IMG/VR virus record: IMGVR_UViG_3300017913_002011
Span: 1 to 25,412 of that record
Length of the DNA: 25,412 bases
Direction: 5' to 3' (one strand)
Source of the DNA: a virus
Taxonomy: Duplodnaviria > Caudoviricetes
In this document: positions 9,801 to 17,191 of the stretch, piece by piece
Layout: every line of letters starts with the position of its first letter
How positions within the stretch are numbered: position 1 is the stretch's first letter
Position numbers and translations under genes: made by a program
Notes under the pieces: model-generated
Databases searched by the model: none
What the model was told of the DNA's origin: nothing
The model's input: the letters and a program-made list of their open reading frames with translations, nothing else

Positions 9801-12015
9801 AAGAGAAGAAACTACAAGATCTGCTACGGTAAGGATTGCTCGTATCAGAAACAGAATTGCAGACTTTAGAGATCGCTGGATTGGTCAGCCGATCAACTCA
9901 GGTCGAGTTTTGGTTAGAGGTTCTGTAACAACAAGAAGAGAAATCATTGGTGACAGAATCCTCGATGTACAATTTATCGACTTTATGAGATCACGTAAGA
10001 TCTTCTTCCGTGTCAATGGCCTCCGTAGAGATACTAAACACTTTATGTTCTTTGGTGGTAAGAATATTACAGACTATGCGCGTAAAGAAACTACATTTGA
10101 GAGATTTGCATCACGTGAGGATAATCCCGGAAACATCTATACTAATACAACTTCTCACCCTAATGGCACATCCGATCTACTTTCGGATAGCGTAGGTGAA
10201 CTGATCGGTTCATTCATTATTCCTTCTAACTCTTCGTTGAAGTTTAGAACTGGAACTCAAAGAGTTGAGTTGATGGATATTAGTAGTGGTAACGCAGATA
10301 ATGCTATCTCGAAAGCACAAACTACATTTACATCAACCGGTGTTCTTAGAACTCGTGAAAGACAGATTGAAACAATTCGTATTCAGGATACATTCTTTAT
10401 TCAGGAATATGATCCACTTGCACAGTCCTTCCGTGTTGATGGAGCTGACAACCCTAATGGTGTATTCATTACAAAGGTTGATGCATACTTCTCGACTAAG
10501 TCTCCTGTTACTGACGGTATTCCTGTTCAGTGTCAGATCAGACCTATGGAGAATGGTATACCTACTTCGGCTCCGCTGCCAGGTGCTATTAAGTTCCTGA
10601 GACCGGACCAAGTTAATATTCCATCTAACCTGAATAACATTACAACGATTAGAAATACTCCGACTACTTTTGAGTTTGACGAGCCTATCTATCTGCCGCC
10701 TTCAAGAGATTACTGTATTGTTCTACTTGCAGACACTACAGACTATAATGTCTTTGTGGCTAAGACTTACGAGTTTGTAATTGGATCTACAGAACAGCGA
10801 GTGAATAAGCAACCTACGCTTGGTTCAATGTTCATGTCGCAAAATGGTATTACATGGACGCCGGATCAGAACAGAGATCTAATGTTCAAGCTTCACCGCG
10901 CGCAGTTCTCTGCATCCGGTACAGTAGAGCTTAACAACTCGGAAGTTACTTCCAGACTTCTCGATCCTAATCCTATCTTGACTGACTCTGACCAGAGAGC
11001 ATTTAGAGTATTCCACCCTGGTCATGGCTTCCAGTTGAATGACTATGTCAATCTAAGTGGATTAGATTCGAGTACTCTATATGCTGGTATTGCTGGTCAT
11101 AACTATATGGGTCAGAAACAAGTCATCGATGTTGATCACTTTGGTTACTATTTGAATGCAGATAGTGCTAATGTTGATAGTGATGGCGCAGCAACTCGTC
11201 CTACGGCTAGCTTGAGAGTTGGTGGTACAGGAGTTATTGCAACTCAGAACGCTATGTATGATGCATTCGTTCCACAAATCCAGACTCTGCTTCCAGATGA
11301 GACTTCAATTAGTGCAACTGTTAAGAGAATCAGAGGTTCTTCTTACGGTGGATCGAGTTCAAGACATCAGTCAACTCATGGTGCATATGCTAACGTAGCC
11401 AGTGCAACATTTAAAGATGCGATCATTAATGATTTCAACTTTACCACTGAGCCTGGTCTAATTGCTAATAGAAAGAACGAAGCTGAACACTATTCAAATG
11501 GACGTTCATTTAGAATGAAGCTGAATCTTTCTACCGACGATGTCAAGGTTTCACCAGTTGTAGATATGCAGAGAATGTCTGTAGCTACATTCGAAAATAT
11601 CATTGACTCCGGCGGTGGAGGATCGTTCAACTATATTGCAGAAACTGATGCACTTAACGGTAGCGCAGCATGTAAACACGTAACAAAGCCTGTGACTCTA
11701 GAAGAACCGGCTGTAGGATTGAAGATCCTGTTTGCAGCTAACAGACCAACACCCGCATCATTCTCAGTATACTATAAGACTGGTACTTCGGATGATAACT
11801 TAGATGATATTGCATACACCTTGATTGCAGAATCCACAGCAAATCCTGCTGATGATGATGGTACAACCTTCCGTCAGTATGAATTCCTGCCGGGTGGAAC
11901 TGAAGGTACACTGAACCAGTTTACTAAGTTCCAAGTCAAAGTTGTAATGCAGTCAACTAACTCTTCTAAACCTCCGAAGATTAAGGACTTGAGAGTTATT
12001 GCGCTGGTGACATAA
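6898..12015 (+). CDS. Large virion/baseplate protein, DUF4815 (VrlC-like)
   Basis: 1705 aa; YKDDY...YHRILFNSGKALQARELTQMQTIIQNEI, APGADRYQI, RTKEESGNYIV, LRDVLDFRP, GFLVDNF, DPLAQSF and LGSMFMSQNG..WTPDQNRDLMF motifs. Confidence 0.85.
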   Translation: MATNLTSNSFKSTYKDDYKDSDNYHRILFNSGKALQARELTQMQTIIQNEIERFGSNIFRDGGVVEPGGLSVNNRFEFIKLAANQLPADTDDIIGKTFTVRAPDPQLKVKILKAVAASGSDPETLYVEYVSTSAGTAGTSTVRVGNGQVLENASLGSSYNMTTASAGAAGVGTEASIAKGSFFVQGHFVFVEKQSFFVDKYSGTPNEDIGFKIEENIVSVDDTNALYDNQGAVANLAAPGADRYQIKLTLNKRSALAASDNFVYLAKLVNGRISDETRTDNSYRRLADTLALRTKEESGNYIVNPFTAKFEPLNDSNLTLQVTEGVVYVDGYRLQVNAQDITVPKAQETAQIEGETVTARYGNYVLVKDSDNKGFPVTTNYPEVILRNAVDFGGSTIGTARVRQLEEDNDTLRLYLFDLKMNSGQNFGAVRSLGESAGEHMDIHLEGGIATLKNTGENDLLFPLPRTRPTTTLDWGAIDVQRRFTVTTGGSGTGTVSISDGTFVNANQWMVSPYNDDMSGSNSGTASGAGGTTLTVTGANNTTYDVYALVRISSADTSRKAKVLTETTRTVTWPTVESDGSGTAFISLQYADAYDIKRLRIDDSDGADMKDNFIFDNGQRDNFYGIGRLIPKPGVTINSGTQIFTRYNYFAPTGGGHFYDISSYPTAVAYDDIPSHKLSDGTTVSLRDVLDFRPHAHDATPTTGATKGTLTINFSGANSNTFDLPVNTDAVDGDVTYYMPRKDRLIATTLDNAGERDYRGKVKVVRGVSSFDPQFPEIPAGSMPLYNISMNPFTLNESDMTTSVIPAKRFTMSDISELEQRIDKLQELTTLSLLELNTSSLTVLDAAGLERTKAGFLVDNFKDDAFSDIERVEYRAGKDVLEGLLTPGNEVNNTRLIYDSANSTSQRNGDIAILPIASHVAMIDQNLATETENINPFAVIVSNGHLEMSPASDEWVETQYLPDRVVSEREETTRSATVRIARIRNRIADFRDRWIGQPINSGRVLVRGSVTTRREIIGDRILDVQFIDFMRSRKIFFRVNGLRRDTKHFMFFGGKNITDYARKETTFERFASREDNPGNIYTNTTSHPNGTSDLLSDSVGELIGSFIIPSNSSLKFRTGTQRVELMDISSGNADNAISKAQTTFTSTGVLRTRERQIETIRIQDTFFIQEYDPLAQSFRVDGADNPNGVFITKVDAYFSTKSPVTDGIPVQCQIRPMENGIPTSAPLPGAIKFLRPDQVNIPSNLNNITTIRNTPTTFEFDEPIYLPPSRDYCIVLLADTTDYNVFVAKTYEFVIGSTEQRVNKQPTLGSMFMSQNGITWTPDQNRDLMFKLHRAQFSASGTVELNNSEVTSRLLDPNPILTDSDQRAFRVFHPGHGFQLNDYVNLSGLDSSTLYAGIAGHNYMGQKQVIDVDHFGYYLNADSANVDSDGAATRPTASLRVGGTGVIATQNAMYDAFVPQIQTLLPDETSISATVKRIRGSSYGGSSSRHQSTHGAYANVASATFKDAIINDFNFTTEPGLIANRKNEAEHYSNGRSFRMKLNLSTDDVKVSPVVDMQRMSVATFENIIDSGGGGSFNYIAETDALNGSAACKHVTKPVTLEEPAVGLKILFAANRPTPASFSVYYKTGTSDDNLDDIAYTLIAESTANPADDDGTTFRQYEFLPGGTEGTLNQFTKFQVKVVMQSTNSSKPPKIKDLRVIALVT

Positions 12016-12239
12016 TGAGTAAATATACTAATGTTGAAGGGTTTCCTGGACTAGTTAGATCAAAAGCTTCAGGTGCTATAATAAATATCAACAGCGATGA
12101 AATGAGAAACGCTAGAACGAGAAAGCAAAAAGCTCTTAAAGCAAAACAAGAAATGGAAGACTTAAAAAGTGAAGTAACTGAGCTTCGGGATCTGGTTACA
12201 AAATTATTAGAGGAAAGACATGGCAATCACAGTAATTAA
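12015..12239 (+). CDS. Small coiled-coil hypothetical phage protein
   Basis: 74 aa, TAATG-coupled to the previous gene; VEGFPGLVR...SGAIININ followed by a heptad-like EMEDLKSEVTELRDLVTKLLE. Confidence 0.75.
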   Translation: MSKYTNVEGFPGLVRSKASGAIININSDEMRNARTRKQKALKAKQEMEDLKSEVTELRDLVTKLLEERHGNHSN

Positions 12240-12666
12240 TCTATCAGATGCTGTTTCGACTTGGGTGACCAAGACGAACACCATTGCAACAAATGTCGGA
12301 GATCTCGCGCTTTTAAGTACCGGTGATAGTGATGTAGTCAAAGGTGTTAATACAGTAGACTCAAACATTGGTACTCTATCTGCTTTGAACACTGCTGATA
12401 AGTCAGACCTTGTTAGTGCGATCAACGAAGTGTTTAGCTTAGTTGATTCCGATCTTAACGATTCGGCAGAAATTCTAGGGCTGATGAGAGCCAATCTTCG
12501 TACGTTTAGTGATTCATCTCATACAATTTCATTTGATTCTTCAAACGGACAGTTTAGTATTGATAGTGATACCGTAACATCTGCTTTGTTTAAGAGTGGT
12601 GTTACACTACTTATTAAGGACTCGGCAGGCACAGTACTGAAGACAATGCATAGTCCTGGAGAGTAA
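12220..12666 (+). CDS. Short fibre/whisker-like virion protein, Asp-Ser rich
   Basis: 148 aa; GAGG at 12210-12213; two imperfect repeats (NVGDLALLSTGDSDVVKGVN / NIGTLSALNTADKSDLVSAIN) typical of fibre coiled segments; 8 DS dipeptides. Confidence 0.65.
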   Translation: MAITVINLSDAVSTWVTKTNTIATNVGDLALLSTGDSDVVKGVNTVDSNIGTLSALNTADKSDLVSAINEVFSLVDSDLNDSAEILGLMRANLRTFSDSSHTISFDSSNGQFSIDSDTVTSALFKSGVTLLIKDSAGTVLKTMHSPGE

Positions 12667-12671
12667 ATACT

Positions 12672-13625
12672 ATGGCAGTGAGAAATCCACTTATATACTC
12701 ATCAGGGTCTCTGCAAAAAATGACCGGTGCACAAATTGCATCGGTGATTGACATGGTTGTCTATAAGTATGGTGGTAATCCGTCGGTGACTATGACACAG
12801 GTTGGTAGCTCTGGCACACTTGCACAGATTAGTGATACCAGGTTACAGGCTGGCTCATATTCAACTAGTGTGAGTGCTTATCCATCGGAGGCAACTACTG
12901 CAGAACCATCGACTGTTACTGTCAACTACGATCGCATGAGTTCGGCTAATGCTACTGTAGCTCAACTAACATCCGGTGACACAGTTACTGGTGCGGGTGA
13001 AGGTTCATTCCCTTTCTATTACGATGGCAGTGATCTAAGGGCTATGACTCATACAGATATGCTCGATACGTTTATCGAACCGGCCATTAATAAACTAACG
13101 TCTGGTTCTACTGGCACTGATCAAGCTGGAACGTATAGAATTCATACATCAACATCACTGTCCGGACATACATTAATTAGTTCAACACCTGTCTTTATCG
13201 ATACACGTGCTAATACTAGTGCATATACTGCGGGTGGTATTCCTGAAACACTTGACCAACCAACTACTATCAATAACTTTTATTTGATGAGAATTGATCA
13301 GGGGTCTAAACCTTCTACAGTTAGAATGCTAAGACAGACATCGTCCAGTGACTTACAAGAATATACCGAGTCAGAACAAGAGAGCATGTTGGAAAATCTT
13401 GTTCGTTGGGCAGCAGTCAATCATACCGGTTATAGAATCAGCTATAACGTTGGTACATCAGGATCCGGCCAGACACGTGGTTCTGGTATGACCGATACGA
13501 AACTAAATGGTTCTGGTAACTATCAAACACGCTTTGTGAATGCTAACGATTATCGTGCTCAGGAATTTCCTAATGGTTCAGCAGTCACACAGAATACATA
13601 CTATTTGAGAATCCACAAGAGTTAG
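12672..13625 (+). CDS. Putative virion structural protein with three internal repeats of about 105 aa
   Basis: 317 aa, S/T/G-rich; recurring motifs PLIY..GSLQKMT / PFYYDGSDLRAMT / SDLQEYT, DTRL / DTRA / DTKL, and VNYDRM / NFYLMRI / TYYLRI. Confidence 0.65.
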   Translation: MAVRNPLIYSSGSLQKMTGAQIASVIDMVVYKYGGNPSVTMTQVGSSGTLAQISDTRLQAGSYSTSVSAYPSEATTAEPSTVTVNYDRMSSANATVAQLTSGDTVTGAGEGSFPFYYDGSDLRAMTHTDMLDTFIEPAINKLTSGSTGTDQAGTYRIHTSTSLSGHTLISSTPVFIDTRANTSAYTAGGIPETLDQPTTINNFYLMRIDQGSKPSTVRMLRQTSSSDLQEYTESEQESMLENLVRWAAVNHTGYRISYNVGTSGSGQTRGSGMTDTKLNGSGNYQTRFVNANDYRAQEFPNGSAVTQNTYYLRIHKS

Positions 13626-13635
13626 GAGTAAAATT

Positions 13636-14169
13636 ATGGCATTTCACTGGGAAGAAGGAATTGAATATGCAAGGTATATTGACGAAGATCGTCAAAATAT
13701 CGAAGTAATGCACATTGTCGAAGAGCCAACTAATGCTCACGGCAGAGAAGCACGTCTACACGTATTACCAGTTGATGAAAAAGATGATCAATTCAAAGCT
13801 CTTCTAGAACATTTCACATATGATGAAATTATGGAAATGACATACTCGTATAACAAACAGGCTGAAAGAGCATTTGAAGAACAAGTCATGTCTATTGCTC
13901 GAAAGTTTGATATGTTACGCATGGAAGACTTCGGTGTAACATCAGATCAATTTATCGGTAAGCTTATTGATGTTCTGTTTGTAGAAGAACTTCCTGAAGA
14001 TGAGTTAAAAGAAGTAGTGTTTAAAGCAAAACTACAATTATTCGAGCTCGATAAAGTTAAGAATAGCTCAAATAGATCTTTAAAAAGTAAACTGCGTAAA
14101 GCTAAAACTTTAGCAGCTGTTCTCCACACTATGATGGAGATTGAAGAAGATAATCTGAAAACGACTTAA
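13636..14169 (+). CDS. Hypothetical acidic protein (possible fibre assembly chaperone)
   Basis: 177 aa; AGGAG at 13624-13628; E/K-rich and helical-looking, unlike the S/T-rich virion proteins. The chaperone role is inferred from position only. Confidence 0.6.
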   Translation: MAFHWEEGIEYARYIDEDRQNIEVMHIVEEPTNAHGREARLHVLPVDEKDDQFKALLEHFTYDEIMEMTYSYNKQAERAFEEQVMSIARKFDMLRMEDFGVTSDQFIGKLIDVLFVEELPEDELKEVVFKAKLQLFELDKVKNSSNRSLKSKLRKAKTLAAVLHTMMEIEEDNLKTT

Positions 14170-14938
14170 AGTCTTTATTTACTACGTGATGTAAGTGTGC
14201 ACCTATTTGTTTTGTGCTAAAAGAATTATCGATGATATAGTTCCAGCCTAAACCTATTGGGTTAATAGTAATATCGAAATATTCCTTAATAAAAGAAAAA
14301 TAGACCTCATTGTTCTTAGCGAACTTTGAGGCTATTTGTTCTGGATATATGTTATCACATATCACTTCATTAAATATCTTATCGGCAAAATCTACTCTTT
14401 CAGTTAACCTAAAATCTTGAATAGAATTTTTATTGCCAATCAAAACTCCAGTGTTAGCAATAGCATTATGACCGGTCATGTACTTTCCTTCGAGCATAAG
14501 CATGGCATCTTTACAGCACATCTTGACAACCATATTCATTTTGTCGAGTTCTAGAACGTCTATCCACCACTTGCCATCAATTCTCTCACCCCAAAAAGGT
14601 TTAGTTTCTATGAAGTGTACACCAACACCAGGTTGAGAAGCATGACGTTCAAAGATGTTTTCTTTAGTAGTTGGTACTACATCTAGATCCAAGTAAACTA
14701 CTTCATCATATTCTTCTGTTAGTTCTTCAAACTTATACAGTTTCTCAAACTGAATGTCATCATAGTCTGGAATGCTAGGTGTATAGTGAATATAGTCAGC
14801 ACCGCAATCGTAAGCATACTGCTTCTGAGTTTCTACCAACCTATCATAGAACTCATGAAACGCATCTTTTTTGGATTGCGGCACAGATTGGTGAGGAATT
14901 GAAATATTATTATACAGGCTAAATACAATTCGTCTCAT
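14129..14938 (-). CDS. GT-A fold glycosyltransferase-like protein (paralog 2)
   Basis: YDEVVYLDLDVVP (DxD), ANTGVL, NNEVYFSF, WNY and HHVVNK motifs, resembling GT8/GT34-like nucleotide-diphospho-sugar transferases. Confidence 0.75.
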   Translation of the reverse strand: MRRIVFSLYNNISIPHQSVPQSKKDAFHEFYDRLVETQKQYAYDCGADYIHYTPSIPDYDDIQFEKLYKFEELTEEYDEVVYLDLDVVPTTKENIFERHASQPGVGVHFIETKPFWGERIDGKWWIDVLELDKMNMVVKMCCKDAMLMLEGKYMTGHNAIANTGVLIGNKNSIQDFRLTERVDFADKIFNEVICDNIYPEQIASKFAKNNEVYFSFIKEYFDITINPIGLGWNYIIDNSFSTKQIGAHLHHVVNKDFKSFSDYLLQSPS

Positions 14939-15788
14939 AATAATCGAAAACTTCCTTAAACTTTTTGTTTATTACATGCACGAACTTACTTTTACTCGGA
15001 ACCACTTTATACCGGTCATAGAATAGATGCCACGGCCAGTTTAACCATTGGATCGGCACGTCTGTTTTTTTCACCAGGTATGACCAGATTGTTTCGTTAT
15101 CCCAACCGAACATGTCTCTAATATGTTCAGGATACATTTCATCATCAATCAGATCATCCATCTGTTTGATGATTGAATCAATATCACCAAAGTAGTTAAG
15201 TTGTCTCATATGCTCAGCCGAAACGCCTACAATTCCTGTATTGAATACATCGTTGTCTTGGCTGTATCCATTTGTTTCAAGCAAAGCTAAACAGTTCCAG
15301 TACTTTGCTGTAGGACTTCGAATTGATTCTATTGTATCTTTACGCAATTGTTTTAATTCTTTTCGCGCAAGATTATTATTATCTTTTATAGCAATACCCT
15401 TTGACAGATCATGCTCTTCAAAGAAATTGTCAGACGTGACTGGTACTACGTCAAAATCAAGATACAAGACTTCATCATACTGCCGGCATAGTGTTTGTAA
15501 TATTTGTATCTTGTAAAAATTTACGATGTTGTATTCTGTAATTTGTGGATACAGATCATTCCACCATTTCTTATATTGTTTAAAGTCATTGTCATATTCA
15601 TACATTAAGAATGGTACGCCAATATCACTAGCGTACTTTTGCTTGCAAGCTAATAGTTTTCCATAATACTTTTGAAACTCAAGTTTAGTTCTTTCTGTCT
15701 TAGGAATGTCGTCACCTTGATATGGTGCTTGATAATCTAGATCTTCTTTTGGAATGTCAATATAAAGACTGTATATTACTCTACGCAT
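14919..15788 (-). CDS. GT-A fold glycosyltransferase-like protein (paralog 1)
   Basis: YDEVLYLDFDVVP (DxD), FNTGIV, DNETIWSY and HVINKKF motifs; clearly homologous to 14129-14938. Confidence 0.78.
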   Translation of the reverse strand: MRRVIYSLYIDIPKEDLDYQAPYQGDDIPKTERTKLEFQKYYGKLLACKQKYASDIGVPFLMYEYDNDFKQYKKWWNDLYPQITEYNIVNFYKIQILQTLCRQYDEVLYLDFDVVPVTSDNFFEEHDLSKGIAIKDNNNLARKELKQLRKDTIESIRSPTAKYWNCLALLETNGYSQDNDVFNTGIVGVSAEHMRQLNYFGDIDSIIKQMDDLIDDEMYPEHIRDMFGWDNETIWSYLVKKTDVPIQWLNWPWHLFYDRYKVVPSKSKFVHVINKKFKEVFDYYETNCI

Positions 15789-16521
15789 ATCCGATCACCA
15801 TAAATCTTTTATAGCCGTTTGGCATATCAATTGACCCTTTATATACTACATCACTTAGCCCAGATTTTTCTGCTAAGTGATCTTCATCGTATACACAATT
15901 GATGTGATCTGCTACGTGAAACATATTATTGCTTTGTAAAGCAAACAAGCAATCATTTCTGTGTTTTTTACTTTTAATAATTTCAGGCAAATCTGGCATA
16001 TGTTCTGAAGAAGTATTAATTACTAAATGAAAATCTTTATCTCTAGCTCCAACTTCTGATGCATCTCTACAATGTCCATCAAAAATCGTATCTTCTATAT
16101 CTTCACTAAACATTCTAAACATTGATAACGCGTTCGGATCTAGATCTACATTTTCTATAGTCTTAATGTTGAAGCTATTCATAAGAAGAGTGGAAATAGG
16201 AAATCCAAACCATCCTCCTAATAATTGTACTTTTAAATCATCGTGGTCTTCTAGTATCATTTCCAATATTTCTATCAACCACATTTTTGATTTTACTTGA
16301 TTAGGCGACATGCTATCTAAAAAATGTATTAAGTCTCTATCAGTCTTAGCGATTTCCCACATGACTTTCCAGATAGAGCTCTTCATTCCGTCTTTAATAA
16401 GAGGCTCGGACAAAGATAAGAATGGAACAGGATCGTAATTACACTCGGTCAATCCTCTCCAGAGATAACTCCAAATTTTATCATCAATTCCAATATTTTT
16501 CAAATCCATCGTATCCTTCAT
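15781..16521 (-). CDS. Class I SAM-dependent methyltransferase-like protein
   Basis: VQLLGGWFG (motif I-like), acidic end of the second strand (NVDLD), LVINTSSEHM, LQSNN and RFMVIG. The true start may be the second Met (16509). Confidence 0.65.
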   Translation of the reverse strand: MKDTMDLKNIGIDDKIWSYLWRGLTECNYDPVPFLSLSEPLIKDGMKSSIWKVMWEIAKTDRDLIHFLDSMSPNQVKSKMWLIEILEMILEDHDDLKVQLLGGWFGFPISTLLMNSFNIKTIENVDLDPNALSMFRMFSEDIEDTIFDGHCRDASEVGARDKDFHLVINTSSEHMPDLPEIIKSKKHRNDCLFALQSNNMFHVADHINCVYDEDHLAEKSGLSDVVYKGSIDMPNGYKRFMVIGYA

Positions 16522-17191
16522 TATCTAATATGTATTTACCGCTAATAAATTCGGTTTTGCGTCTCCACCCATTAAATATACAAATAGGATATGTTTCTTC
16601 TTTGAATAAAGGCATTAGAGGATCACCCGCTTTATAGTAATTATTTTCGTCAATACCATAAAGTCTTGAGTATATTTCACCTCGAGGAAATACGTTTAAA
16701 GTGTCATGATGATGATAGTATAAGTACGAATCAATTCCTGCATACTTAATCATATAATAATCTGGATCTATCATAAACTGTTTCCATATTTCAGTCAGAT
16801 CGCCTTTCCATACAAGTACTGAAGAATTATAATTCATGTCAGTACCAAATAATTCGTATGGCTTCCAATACGCTTTGACTACACGCAACCTGTCATTATT
16901 AACATAAGATTTTAAATGTGTAATGTCGTTTTGGATAACCACGTCGAGATCAAAAAAGAGATTGGTCTCATCCGTAGGATGTTCAAAAAGCATAAGCTTC
17001 CACCACCACGCCTCAAGATCATGCTCAAGATCAAGTGGTATAATTTTAATACCATTGTCTATGCCAGTAGAATCTTCGGTGTAGCATACAAACGTAAAAT
17101 CTTCTCGCATGTTTTTCTTACACATACGATACAATCTATTCACATGTTCTTGAGAAAACTTATTTCCCCACTTTACGCAAGATATAATCAT
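16484..17191 (-). CDS. GT-A fold glycosyltransferase-like protein
   Basis: CVKWGNKF..EHVNRL, FVCYTED, WWWKLMLF, LFFDLDVVI (DxD) and YNSSVLVW motifs. Confidence 0.75.
   Translation of the reverse strand: MIISCVKWGNKFSQEHVNRLYRMCKKNMREDFTFVCYTEDSTGIDNGIKIIPLDLEHDLEAWWWKLMLFEHPTDETNLFFDLDVVIQNDITHLKSYVNNDRLRVVKAYWKPYELFGTDMNYNSSVLVWKGDLTEIWKQFMIDPDYYMIKYAGIDSYLYYHHHDTLNVFPRGEIYSRLYGIDENNYYKAGDPLMPLFKEETYPICIFNGWRRKTEFISGKYILDNEGYDGFEKYWN

Noticed and set aside
12080-12087. AATAAATA near-match to the late promoter
   Set aside because: One mismatch, inside a coding region, and explained by Ile-Ile-Asn-Ile codons.
14138-14160. Short inverted repeat (AGATT...AATCT) at the convergent junction
   Set aside because: The stem is only 5 bp and AT-rich with no U-tract; not a credible terminator.
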